Positions 39,701 to 54,700 of a stretch of DNA of 64,000 nucleotides are shown in pieces; the first letter of the stretch is position 1; each line of letters begins with the position of its first letter. Position numbers and translations under genes: made by a program. The notes below the pieces were generated by a model. It did no database searches and was not told where the DNA came from. It was given only the letters and a program-made list of their open reading frames with translations. This DNA is from Mobula hypostoma (lineage: Eukaryota), in the NCBI RefSeq assembly GCF_963921235.1, contig NC_086097.1:51710001-51774000 (forward strand), read 5' to 3'.

Positions 39701-42700
39701 TCTCACTCCTGTACGCCTTGTCACCACCTGAACTGATCAATCTCACTCCTGTACGCCTCGTCACCTTCTGAACTGATCTATCTCACTCCTGTCCGCCTCG
39801 TCACCATCTGAACTGATCGATCTCACTCCTGTACGCCTCGTCACCATCTGAACTGATCTATCTCACTCCTGTACGCCCCGTTACCATCTGATCTATCTCC
39901 CACCTGTATGCCTTGTCACCATCTGAACTGATCTACCTCACTCCTGCACACCTCGTCACCATCTGAACTGATCTATCTCACTCCTGCACACCTCATCACC
40001 ATCTGAACTGATGTGTCTCACTCCTGTACGCCTCGTCACCATCTGAACCGATCTGTCTCTCTGCTGTACGCCTCGTCACCATTTGAACTGATCTATCTCA
40101 CTCCTGTACGCCTCGTCACCATCTGAACTGATCTATCTCACTCCTGTACGCCTCGTCACCATCTGATCCGATCTGTCTCTCTCCTGTACGCCTCGTCACC
40201 ATCTGAACTGATCGATCTCACTCTTGTACGCCTCGTCACCTTCTGAACTGATCTATCTCACTCCTGTACGCCTCGTCACCTTCTGAACTGATCTATCTCA
40301 CTCCTGTACGTCTCGTCACCATCTGATCTGATCTGTCTCACTCCTGTACGCCTCGTCACCATCTGAACTGATCTGTCTCACTCCTGTATGCCTCGTCACC
40401 ATCTGAACTGATCTATCTCACTCCTGTACGCCTCGTCACCATCTGAACTGATCTGTCTCACTCCTGTACGCCTCGTCACCATCTGAACTGATCTGTCTCA
40501 CTCCTGTACGCCTCGTCACCATCTGAACTGATCTATCTCACTCCTGTACGCCTCGTCACCATCTGAACTGATCTGTTTCAGTCCTGTACGCCTCGTCACC
40601 ATCTGAACTGATCTATCGCACTCCTTTACACCTCGTCGCCATCTGAGACTCTCACTCCTGTACGCCACGTCACCATCTGAATTGATCTGTCTCACTCCTG
40701 TACGCCTCGTCACCATCTGAACTGATCTATCTCACTCCTGTACGCGTCGTCACCATCTGAACTGTTCAACCTCACTCCTGTACGCCTCGTCACCATCTGA
40801 ACTGATCTGTCTCACTACTGTACGCCTCGTCATCATCTGAACTGATCTACCTCACTCCTGTACGCATTGTCACCATCTGAACCGATCTGACTCACTCCTG
40901 TACGCCTCGTCACCATCTGAACCGATCTGTCTCACTCCTATACGCCTTGTCACCATCTGAACCGATCTGTCTCATTCCTGTACTACTCGTCACCATCTGA
41001 ACTGATCTACCTCACTACTGTACGCATCGTCACCATCTGAACTGATCTATCTCACTCCTGTACGCCTCGTCACCATCTGAACTGATCTAACTCACTCCTA
41101 TACGCCTCATCACCATCTGAACTGATCTGTCTCACTCCTGTACGCCTCGTCACCATTTGAACTGATCTATCTCACTCCTGTACGCCTCGTCACCATCTGA
41201 ACGGATCGATCTCACTCCTGTACGCATCGTCACCATCTGAACTGATCTATCTCACTCCTGTACACCTTGTCACCATCTGAACTGATCTATCTCACTCCTG
41301 TACGCCTCCTCACCATCTGAATTTATCTGTCTCACTCCTGTACGCCTCGTCACCATCTGAACTGATCTACCTCACTCCTGTACGCCTCGTCATCATCTGA
41401 ACCGATCGATCTCACTCCTGTACGCCTTGTCACCATCTAAACCGACCTGTCTCACTCCTGTACGCCTCGTCACCATCTGAACCGATCTGTCTTACTCCTG
41501 TACGACTCGTCACCATCTGAACTGATCTATCTCACTCCTGTATGCCTCGTCACCAACTGAACTGATCTATCTCACTCCTGTACGACTCGTCACCATCTGA
41601 ACTGATCTCCCTCACTCCTGTACGCCTCGTCACCATCTGAACCGATCTGTCTCACTCCTGTATGCCTCGTCACCATCTGAACTGATCTATCTCACTCCTG
41701 TACGACTCGTCACCATCTGAACCGATCTATCTCACTCTTGTACGACGCGTCACCATCTGAACTGATCTTCTCACTCCTGTACGCCTTGTCACCATCTGAA
41801 ACTCTAACTCCTGTACGCCTCCTCACCATCTGAACTGATCTATCTCACTCCTGTACGCCTCCTCACCATCTGAACTGATCTATCTCACTGCTGTACGCCT
41901 TGTCACCATCTGAAAGTCTAACTCCTGTACGCCTCCTCACCATCTGAACTGATCTATCTCACTCCTGTACGCCTCGTCACCATCTGAACTAATCTGTCTC
42001 ACTCCTGTACGACTCGTCACCATCTGAACTGATCTTCTCACTCCTGTACGTCTCCTCACCATCTGAACTGATCTATCTCACTCCTGTACGCCTTGTCACC
42101 ATCTGAACTAATCTGTCTCACTCCTGTACGCCTCGTCACCATCTGAACTGATGTATCTCACTCCTGTACGCCTCCTCACCATCTGAACTAATCTGTCTCA
42201 CTCCTGTACGCCTCGTCACCATCTGAACCGATCTGTCTCACTCGTCTACGCCTCGTCACCATCTGAACTGATCTATCTCACTCCTGTACGACTCGTCACC
42301 ATCTGAAGCGATCTATCTCACTCATGTACGACGCGTCACCATCTGAACTGATCTTCTCACTCCTGTACGCCATGTCACCATCTGAAACTCTAACTCCTGT
42401 ACGCCTCCTCACCATCTGAACTGATCTATCTCACTCCTGTATGCCTCCTCACCATCTGAACTGATCTATCTCACTGCTGTACGCCTTGTCACCATCTGAA
42501 AGTCTAACTCCTGTACGCCTCCTCACCATCTGAACTGATCTATCTCACTCCTGTACGCCTCGTCACCATCTGAACTAATCTGTCTCACTCCTGTACGACT
42601 CGTCACCATCTGAACTGATCTTCTCACTCCTGTACGTCTCCTCACCATCTGAACTGATCTATCTCACTCCTGTACGCCTTGTCACCATCTAAACTGATCT

Positions 42701-45700
42701 GTCTCACTCCTGTACGCCTCGTCACCATTTGAACTGATCTATCTCACTCCTGTACGCCTCGTCACCATCTGAACGGATCGATCTCACTCCTGTACGCCTC
42801 CTCACCATCTGAATTTATCTGTCTCACTCCTGTACGCCTCGTCACCATCTGAACTGATCTACCTCACTCCTGTACGCCTCGTCATCATCTGAACCGATCG
42901 ATCTCACTCCTGTACGCCTTGTCACCATCTAAACCGACCTGTCTCACTCCTGTACGCCTCGTCACCATCTGAACCGATCTGTCTTACTCCTGTACGACTC
43001 GTCACCATCTGAACTGATCTATCTCACTCCTGTATGCCTCGTCACCATCTGAACTGATCTATCTCACTCCTGTCTGCCTCGTTACAATCTGAACTGATCT
43101 GTCTCACTCCTGTACGACTTGTCACCATCTGAACTGATCTATCTCACTCCTGTACGCCTCGTCACCATCTGAACTGATCTATCTCACTCCTGTACGCCTC
43201 GTCACCATCTGAACTGATCTATCTCACTCCTGTACGCCTCGTCACCATCTGAACTGATCAATCTCACTCCTGTACGCCTCGTCACCATCTGAACTGATCT
43301 ATCTCACTCCTGTACGCCTCGTCACCATCTGAACCGATCTGTCTCACTCCTGTACGCCTCGTCACCATCTGAACTGATCTATCTCACTCCTGTACGCCTC
43401 GTCACCATCTGAATCGATCGATCTCACTCCTGTACGCCTCGTCACCATCTGAACTGATCTGTCTCACTCCTGTACGCCTCGTCACCATCTGAACTGATCT
43501 ATCTCACTCCTGTACGCCTCGTCACCATCTGAACTGATCTGTCTCACTCCTGTACGCCTCGTCACCATCTGAACTGATCTATCTCACTCCTGTACGCCTC
43601 GTCACCATCTGAACCGATCTGTCTCACTCCTGTACGCCTCGTCACCATCTGAACTGATCTATCTCACTCCTGTACGCCTCGTCACCATCTGAATCGATCG
43701 ATCTCACTCCTGTACGCCTCGTCACCATCTGAACTGATCTGTCTCACTCCTGTACGACTTGTCACCATCTGAACTGATCTATCTCACTCCTGTACGACTC
43801 GTCACCGTCTGATCTGATCTCCCTCACTCCTGTACGCCTCGTCACCATCTGAAACTCTCACTCCTGTACGCCTCGTCGCCATCTGAACTGATCAATTTCA
43901 CTCCTGTATGCCTCGTCACCATCTGAACTGATCTACCTCACTGCTGTACGCCTTGTCACCATCTGAAAGTCTAACTCCTGTACGCCTCGTCACCATCTGA
44001 ACTGATCTATCTCACTCCTGTACGCCTCGTCACCATCTGAACTGATCTGTCTCACTCCTGTACGCCTCGTCACCATCTGAACTGATCTATCTCACTCCTG
44101 TACGCCTCGTCACCATCTGAACTGATCTATCTCACTCCTGTACGCCTTGTCACCATCTGAACTGATCTGTCTCACTCCTGTACGCCTCGTCACCATCTGA
44201 ACTGATCTATCTCACTCCTGTACGCCTCCTCACCATCTGAACTAATCTGTCTCACTCCTGTACGCCTCGTCACCATCTGAACCGATCTGTCTCACTCGTC
44301 TACGCCTCGTCACCATCTGAACTGATCTATCTCACTCCTGTACGACTCGTCACCATCTGAAGCGATCTATCTCACTGATGTACGACGCGTCACCATCTGA
44401 ACTGATCTTCTCACTCCTGTACGCCATGTCACCATCTGAAACTCTAACTCCTGTACGCCTCCTCACCATCTGAACTGATCTATCTCACTCCTGTATGCCT
44501 CCTCACCATCTGAACTGATCTATCTCACTGCTGTACGCCTTGTCACCATCTGAAAGTCTAACTCCTGTACGCCTCGTCACCATCTGAACTGATCTCTCTC
44601 ACTCCTGTACGCCTCGTCACCATCTGAACTGATCTGTCTCACTCCTGTACGCCTCGTCACCATCTGAACTGATCTGTCTCACTCCTGTACGCCTCGTCAC
44701 CATCTGAACTGATCTATCTCACTCCTGTACGCCTTGTCACCATCTGAACTGATCTGTCTCACTCCTGTACGCCTCGTCACCATCTGAACTGATCTATCTC
44801 ACTCCTGTACGCCTCGTCACCATCTGAACTGATCTATCTCACTCCTGTACGCCTCCTCACCATCTGAATTTATCTGTCTCACTCCTGTACGCCTCGTCAC
44901 CATCTGAACTGATCTACCTCACTCCTGTACGCCTCGTCATCATCTGAACCGATCGATCTCACTCCTGTACGCCTTGTCACCATCTAAACCGACCTGTCTC
45001 ACTCCTGTACGCCTCGTCACCATCTGAACCGATCTGTCTTACTCCTGTACGACTCGTCACCATCTGAACTGATCTATCTCACTCCTGTATGCCTCGTCAC
45101 CATCTGAACTGATCTATCTCACTCCTGTACGCCTCGTCACCATCTGAACCGATCTGTCTCACTCCTGTACGCCTTGTCACCATCTGAACTGATCTATCTC
45201 ACTCCTGTACGCCTCGTCACCATCTGAACTGATCTATCTCACTCCTGTACGCCTCGTCACCATCTGAACTGATCTATCTCACTCCTGTACGCCTCGTCAC
45301 CATCTGAACTGATCTATCTCACTCCTGTACGCCTCGTCACCATCTGAACTGATCTATCTCACTCCTGTACGCCTCGTCACCATCTGAACTGATCTGTCTC
45401 ACTCCTGTACGCCTCGTCACCATCTGAACTGATCTATCTCACTCCTGTACGCCTCGTCACCATCTGAATCGATCGATCTCACTCCTGTACGCCTCGTCAC
45501 CATCTGAACTGATCTGTCTCACTCCTGTACGCCTCGTCACCATCTGAACTGATCTATCTCACTCCTGTACGCCTCGTCACCATCTGAACTGATCTATCTC
45601 ACTCCTGTACGCCTCGTCACCATCTGAACTGATCTATCTCACTCCTGTACGCCTCGTCACCATCTGAACTGATCTGTCTCACTCCTGTACGCCTCGTCAC

Positions 45701-48700
45701 CATCTGAACTGATCTATCTCACTCCTGTACGCCTCGTCACCATCTGAACTGATCTATCTCACTCCTGTACGCCTCGTCACCATCTGAACTGATCTGTCTC
45801 ACTCCTGTACGACTCGTCACCATCTGAACTGATCTATCTCACTCCTGTACGACTCGTCACCGTCTGATCTGATCTCCCTCACTCCTGTACGCCTCGTCAC
45901 CATCTGAAACTCTCACTCCTGTACGCCTCGTCGCCATCTGAACTGATCAATTTCACTCCTGTATGCCTCGTCACCATCTGAACTGATCTATCTCACTCCT
46001 GTACGCCTCGTCATCATCTGAACCGATCGATCTCACTCCTGTACGCCTTGTCACCATCTAAACCGAACTGTCTCACTCCTGTACGCCTCGTCACCATCTG
46101 AACCGATCTGTCTTACTCCTGTACGACTCGTCACCATCTGAACTGATCTATCTCACTCCTGTATGCCTCGTCACCATCTGAACTGATCTATCTCACTCCT
46201 GTACGACTCGTCACCATCTGAACTGATCTCCCTCACTCCTGTACGCCTCGTCACCATCTGAACCGATCTGTCTCACTCCTGTATGCCTCGTCACCATCTG
46301 AACTGATCTATCTCACTCCTGTACGACTCGTCACCATCTGAACCGATCTTCTCACTCTTGTACGACGCGTCACCATCTGAACTGATCTTCTCACTCCTGT
46401 ACGCCTTGTCACCATCTGAAACTCTAACTCCTGTACGCCTCCTCACCATCTGAACTGATCTATCTCACTCCTGTACGCCTCCTCACCATCTGAACTGATC
46501 TATCTCACTGCTGTACGCCTTGTCACCATCTGAAAGTCTAACTCCTGTACGCCTCGTCACCATCTGAACTGATCTATCTCACTCCTGTACGCCTCGTCAC
46601 CATCTGAACTGATCTGTCTCACTCCTGTACGACTCGTCACCATCTGAACTGATCTATCTCACTCCTGTACGCCTCGTCACCATCTGAACTGATCTATCTC
46701 ACTCCTGTACGCCTTGTCACCATCTGAATCGATCTGTCTCACTCCTGTACGCCTCGTCACCATCTGAACTGATCTATCTCACTCCTGTACGCCTCGTCAC
46801 CATCTGAACTAATCTGTCTCACTCCTGTACGCCTCGTCACCATCTGAACCGATCTGTCTCACTCCTGTACGCCTCGTCACCATCTGAACTGATCTATCTC
46901 ACTCCTGTACGACTCGTCACCATCTGAAGCGATCTATCTCACTCATGTACGACGCGTCACCATCTGAACTGATCTTCTCACTCCTGTACGCCATGTCACC
47001 ATCTGAAACTCTAACTCCTGTACGCCTCCTCACCATCTGAACTGATCTATCTCACTCCTGTATGCCTCCTCACCATCTGAACTGATCTATCTCACTGCTG
47101 TACGCCTTGTCACCATCTGAAAGTCTAACTCCTGTACGCCTCGTCACCATCTGAACTGATCTATCTCACTCCTGTACGCCTCGTCACCATCTGAACTGAT
47201 CTGTCTCACTCCTGTACGCCTCGTCACCATCTGAACTGATCTGTCTCACTCCTGTACGCCTCGTCACCATCTGAACTGATCTATCTCACTCCTGTACGCC
47301 TCGTCACCATCTGAACTGATCTGTCTCACTCCTGTACGCCTCGTCACCATCTGAACTGATCTATCTCACTCCTGTACGCCTCGTCACCATCTGAACTGAT
47401 CTATCTCACTCCTGTACGCCTCCTCACCATCTGAATTTATCTGTCTCACTCCTGTACGCCTCGTCACCATCTGAACTGATCTACCTCACTCCTGTACGCC
47501 TCGTCATCATCTGAACCGATCGATCTCACTCCTGTACGCCTTGTCACCATCTAAACCGACCTGTCTCACTCCTGTACGCCTCGTCACCATCTGAACCGAT
47601 CTGTCTTACTCCTGTACGACTCGTCACCATCTGAACTGATCTATCTCACTCCTGTATGCCTCGTCACCATCTGAACTGATCTATCTCACTCCTGTCTGCC
47701 TCGTTACAATCTGAACTGATCAGTCTCACTCCTGTACGACTTGTCACCATCTGAACTGATCTATCTCACTCCTGTACGCCTCGTCACCATCTGAACTGAT
47801 CTATCTCACTCCTGTACGCCTCGTCACCATCTGAACTGATCTATCTCACTCCTGTACGCCTCGTCACCATCTGAACTGATCAATCTCACTCCTGTACGCC
47901 TCGTTACCATCTGAACTGATCTATCTCACTCCTGTACGCCTCGTCACCATCTGAACCGATCTGTCTCACTCCTGTACGCCTCGTCACCATCTGAACTGAT
48001 CTATCTCACTCCTGTACGCCTCGTCACCATCTGAACTGATCTATCTCACTCCTGTACGCCTCGTCACCATCTGAACTGATCTGTCTCACTCCTGTACGAC
48101 TCGTCACCATCTGAACTGATCTATCTCACTCCTGTACGACTCGTCACCATCTGATCTGATCTCCCTCACTCCTGTACGCCTCGTCACCATCTGAAACTCT
48201 CACTCCTGTACGCCTCGTCACCATCTGAACTGATCAATCTCACTCCTGTACGCCTCGTCACCATCTGAACTGATCTGTCTCACTCCTGTACGCCTCGTTA
48301 CCATCTGAACTGATCTATCTCACTCCTGTACGCCTCGTCACCATCTGAACCGATCTGTCTCACTCCTGTACGCCTCGTCACCATCTGAACTGATCTATCT
48401 CACTCCTGTACGCCTCGTCACCATCTGAATCGATCGATCTCACTCCTGTACGCCTCGTCACCATCTGAACTGATCTGTTTCACTCCTGTACATCTCGTCA
48501 CCATCTGAACTGATCTATCTCACTCCTGTACGCCTCGTCACCATCTGAACTTATCTGTTTCACTCCTGTACATCTCGTCACCATCTGAACTGATCTATCT
48601 CACTCCTGTACGCCTCGTCACCATCTGAACTGATCTGTACATCTCGTCACCATATGAACTGATCTGTCTCACTCCTGTACGCCTCGTCACCATCAGAACA

Positions 48701-51700
48701 CATCTATCTCACTTCTGTACGCTTCGTCACCATCTGAACTGATCTCCCTCACTCCTGTACACCTCGTCACCATCTGAACTGATCTATCTCACTCCTGTAC
48801 GCCTCGTCACCATCTGAACAGATCTATCTCGCTCCTGTACGCCTCGTCACCATCTGAACTGATCTGTCTCACTCCTGTACGACTCGTCACCATCTGAACT
48901 GATCTATCTCACTCCTGTACGCCTCGTCATAATCTGAACTGATCTATCTCACTCCTGTACGCCTTGTCACCATCTGAACTGATCGATCTCACTCCTGTAC
49001 GCCTCGTCACCATCTGAACAGATCTATCTCACTCCTGTACGCCTCATCACCATCTGAACTGATCTATCTCACTCCTGTATGCCTCGTCACCATCTGAACT
49101 GATCTATCTCACTCCTGTACGCCTTGTCACCACCTGAACTGATCAATCTCACTCCTGTACGCCTCGTCACCTTCTGAACTGATCTATCTCACTCCTGTCC
49201 GCCTCGTCACCATCTGAACTGATCGATCTCACTCCTGTACGCCTCGTCACCATCTGAACTGATCTACCTCACTCCTGCACACCTCGTCACCATCTGAACT
49301 GATCTATCTCACTCCTGCACACCTCATCACCATCTGAACTGATCTGTCTCACTCCTGTACGCCTCGTCACCATCTGAACCGATCTGTCTCTCTGCTGTAC
49401 GCCTCGTCACCATCTGAACTGATCTATCTCACTCCTGTACGCCTCGTCACCATCTGAACTGATCTATCTCACTCCTGTACGCCTCGTCACCATCTGAACC
49501 GATCTGTCTCTCTCCTGTACGCCTCGTCACCATCTGAACTGATCTATCTCACTCCTGTACGCCTCGTCACCATCTGAACTGATCGATCTCACTCCTGTAC
49601 GCCTCGTCACCTTCTGAACTGATCTATCTCACTCCTGTACGCCTCGTCACCATCTGAACTGATCTATCTCACTCCTGTACGTCTCGTCACCATCTGAACT
49701 GATCTGTCTCACTCCTGTACGCCTCGTCACCATCTGAACTGATCTGTCTCACTCCTGTACGCCTCGTCACCATCTGAACTGATCTGTCTCACTCCTGTAC
49801 GCCTCGTCACCATCTGAACTGATCTATCTCACTCCTGTACGCCTCGTCACCATCTGAACTGATCTGTTTCAGTCCTGTACGCCTCGTCACCATCTGAACT
49901 GATCTATCGCACTCCTTTACACCTCGTCGCCATCTGAAACTCTCACTCCTGTACGCCTCGTCACCATCTGAATTGATCTGTCTCACTCCTCTACGCCCTG
50001 TCACCATCTGAACTGATCTATCTCACTCCTGTACGCCTCGTCACCATCTGAACTGTTCAACCTCACTCCTGTACGCCTCGTCACCATCTGAACTGATCTG
50101 TCTCACTCCTGTACGCCTCGTCACCATCTGAACTGATCTGTCTCACTCCTGTACGCCTCGTCACCATCTGAACCGATCTGTCTCACTCCTGTACGCCTCG
50201 TCACCATCTGAACTGATCTGTCTCACTCCTGTACGCCTCGTCACCATCTGAACTGATCTATCTCACTCCTGTACGCCTCGTCACCATCTGAACTAATCTG
50301 TGTCACTCCTGTACGCCTCGTCACCATCTGAACCGATCTGTCTCACTCCTGTACGCCTCGTCACCATCTGAACTGATCTATCTCACTCCTGTACGACTCG
50401 TCACCATCTGAACCGATCTATCTCACTCTTGTACGACGCGTCACCATCTGAACTGATCTTCTCACTCCTGTACGCCTTGTCACCATCTGAAACTCTAACT
50501 TCTGTACGCCTCCTCACCATCTGAACTGATCTATCTCACTCCTGTACGCCTCCTCACCATCTGAACTGATCTATCTCACTGCTGTACGCCTTGTCACCAT
50601 CTGAAAGTCTAACTCCTGTACGCCTCCTCACCATCTGAACTGATCTATCTCACTCCTGTACGCCTCGTCACCATCTGAACTAATCTGTCTCACTACTGTA
50701 CGCCTTGTCACCATCTGAACTGATCTATCTCACTCCTGTACGTCTCCTCACCATCTGAACTGATCTATCTCACTCCTGTACGCCTTGTCACCATCTGAAC
50801 TAATCTGTCTCACTCCTGTACGCCTCGTCACCATCTGAACTGATCTATCTCACTCCTGTACGCCTCCTCACCATCTGAACTAATCTGTCTCACTCCTGTA
50901 CGCCTCGTCACCATCTGAACCGATCTGTCTCACTCCTCTACGCCTCGTCACCATCTGAACTGATCTATCTCACTCCTGTACGACTCGTCACCATCTGAAG
51001 CGATCTATCTCACTCATGTACGACGCGTCACCATCTGAACTGATCTTCTCACTCCTGTACGCCATGTCACCATCTGAAACTCTCACTCCTGTACGCATCG
51101 TCACCATCTGAACTTATCTGTTTCACTCCTGTACATCTCGTCACCATCTGAACTGATCTATCTCACTCCTGTACGCCTCGTCACCATCTGAACTGATCTG
51201 TACATCTCGTCACCATCTGAACTGATCTGTCTCACTCCTGTACGCCTCGTCACCATCAGAACACATCTATCTCACTTCTGTACGCTTCGTCACCATCTGA
51301 ACTGATCTCCCTCACTCCTGTACACCTCGTCACCATCTGAACTGATCTGTCTCACTCCTGTACGCCTCGTCACCATCTGAACTGATCTATCTCGCTCCTG
51401 TACGCCTCGTCACCATCTGAACTGATCTGTCTCACTCCTGTACGACTCGTCACCATCTGAACTGATCTATCTCACTCCTGTACGCCTCGTCATAATCTGA
51501 ACTGATCTATCTCACTCCTGTACGCCTTGTCACCATCTGAACTGATCGATCTCACTCCTGTACGCCTCGTCACCATCTGAACAGATCTATCTCACTCCTG
51601 TACGCCTCATCACCATCTGAACTGATCTATCTCACTCCTGTATGCCTCGTCACCATCTGAACTGATCTATCTCACTCCTGTACGCCTCGTCACCATCTGA

Positions 51701-54700
51701 ACTGATCTATCTCACTCCTGTACGCCTCATCACCATCTGAACTGATCTATCTCACTCCTGTATGCCTCGTCACCATCTGAACTGATCTATCTCACTCCTG
51801 TACGCCTCGTCACCATCTGAACTGATCTGTCTCACTCCTGTACGCCTCGTCACCATCTGAACTGATCTATCTCACTCCTGTACGCCTCGTCACCATCTGA
51901 ACTGATCTATCTCACTCCTGTACGCCTCGTCACCTTCTGAACTGATCTATCTCACTCCTGTACGCCTCGTCACCATCTGAACTGATCTGTCTCACTCCTG
52001 TACGCCTCGTCACCATCTGAACTGATCTGTCTCACTCCTGTACGCCTCGTCACCATCTGAACTGATCTATCTCACTCCTGTACGCCTCGTCACCATCTGA
52101 ACTGATCTGTCTCACTCCTGTACGCCTCGTCACCATCTGAACTGATCTGTCTCACTCCTGTACGCCTCGTCACCATCTGAACTGATCTATCTCACTCCTG
52201 TACGCCTCGTCACCATCTGAACTGATCTGTTTCACTCCTGTACGCCTCGTCACCATCTGAACTGATCTATCTCACTCCTGTACGCCTCGTCACCATCTGA
52301 ACTGATCTGTCTCACTCCTGTACGCCTCGTCACCATCTGAATTGATCTGTCTCACTCCTGTACGCCTCGTCACCATCTGAACTGATCTATCTCACTCCTG
52401 TACGCCTCGTCACCATCTGAACTGTTCAACCTCACTCCTGTACGCCTCGTCACCATCTGAACTGATCTGTCTCACTCCTGTACGCCTCGTCACCATCTGA
52501 ACTGATCTATCTCACTCCTGTACGCCTTGTCACCATCTGAACCGATCTGTCTCACTCCTGTACGCCTCGTCACCATCTGAACCGATCTGTCTCACTCCTG
52601 TACGCCTTGTCACCATCTGAACCGATCTGTCTCACTCCTGTACGCCTCGTCACCATCTGAACTGATCTATCTCACTCCTGTACGCATCGTCACCATCTGA
52701 ACTGATCTATCTCACTCCTGTACGCCTCGTCACCATCTGAACTGATCTATCTCACTCCTGTACGCCTCATCACCATCTGAACTGATCTGTCTCACTCCTG
52801 TACGCCTCGTCACCATTTGAACTGATCTATCTCACTCCTGTACGCCTCGTCACCATCTGAACGGATCGATCTCACTCCTGTACGCATCGTCACCATCTGA
52901 ACTGATCTATCTCACTCCTGTACGCCTCGTCACCATCTGAACTGATCTATCTCACTCCTGTACGCCTCCTCACCATCTGAATTTATCTGTCTCACTCCTG
53001 TACGCCTCGTCACCATCTGAACTGATCTACCTCACTCCTGTACGCCTCGTCATCATCTGAACCGATCGATCTCACTCCTGTACGCCTTGTCACCATCTAA
53101 ACCGACCTGTCTCACTCCTGTACGCCTCGTCACCATCTGAACCGATCTGTCTTACTCCTGTACGACTCGTCACCATCTGAACTGATCTATCTCACTCCTG
53201 TATGCCTCGTCACCATCTGAACTGATCTATCTCACTCCTGTACGCCTCGTCACCATCTGAACTGATCTGTCTCACTCCTGTACGCCTCGTCACCATCTGA
53301 ACCGATCTGTCTCACTCCTGTACGCCTTGTCACCATCTGAACTGATCTATCTCACTCCTGTACGACTCGTCACCATCTGAACCGATCTATCTCACTCCTG
53401 TACGACTTGTCACCATCTGAACTGATCTATCTCACTCCTGTACGCCTTGTCACCATCTGAAACTCTCACTCCTGTACGCCTCCTCACCATCTGAACTGAT
53501 CTATCTCACTCCTGTACGCCTCCTCACCATCTGAACTGATCTATCTCACTGCTGTACGCCTTGTCACCATCTGAACTGATCTGTCTCACTCCTGTACGCC
53601 TCGTCACCATCTGAACTGATCTATCTCACTCCTGTACGCCTCGTCACCATCTGAACTGATCTGTCTCACTCCTGTACGCCTCGTCACCATCTGAACTGAT
53701 CTATCTCACTCCTGTACGTCTCGTCACCATCTGAACTGATCTATCTCACTCCTGTACGCCTTGTCACCATCTGAACTAATCTGTCTCACTCCTGTACGCC
53801 TCGTCACCATCTGAACTGATCTATCTCACTCCTGTACGCCTCGTCACCATCTGAACTAATCTGTCTCACTCCTGTACGCCTCGTCACCATCTGAACCGAT
53901 CTGTCTCACTCCTGTACGCCTCGTCACCATCTGAACTGATCTATCTCACTCCTGTACGCCTCGTCACCATCTGAACTGATCTATCTCACTCCTGTACGCC
54001 TCGTCACCATCTGAACTGATCTATCTCACTCCTGTACGCATCGTCACCATCTGAACTGATCTATCTCACTCCTGTACGCCTCGTCACCATCTGAACTGAT
54101 CTATCTCACTCCTGTACGCCTCGTCACCATCTGAACTGATCTATCTCACTCCTGTACGCCTTGTCACCATCTGAACTGATCTATCTCACTCCTGTACGCC
54201 TCGTCACCATCTGAACTGATCTATCTCACTCCTGTACGCCTCGTCACCATCTGAACTAATCTGTCTCACTCCTGTACGCCTCGTCACCATCTGAACTGAT
54301 CTGTCTCACTCCTGTACGCCTCGTCACCATCTGAACTGATCTATCTCACTCCTGTACGCCTCGTCACCATCTGAACTGATCTGTCTCACTCCTGTACGCC
54401 TCGTCACCATCTGAACTGATCTATCTCACTCCTGTACGCCTCGTCACCATCTGAACTGATCTATCTCACTCCTGTACGCCTCGTCACCATCTGAACTGAT
54501 CTATCTCACTCCTGTACGCCTCGTCACCATCTGAACTGATCTATCTCACTCCTGTACGCCTCGTCACCATCTGAACTGATCTATCTCACTCCTGTACGCC
54601 TCGTCACCATCTGAACTGATCTGTCTCACTCCTGTACGCCTCGTCACCATCTGAACTGATCTGTCTCACTCCTGTACGCCTCGTCACCATCTGAACTGAT

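Noticed and set aside
26690..50007. Four near-identical 66-aa ORFs (MVTGRRGVRQ...)
   Set aside because: Chance stop-free runs through variant 40-bp monomers. They mark duplicated blocks, not genes.
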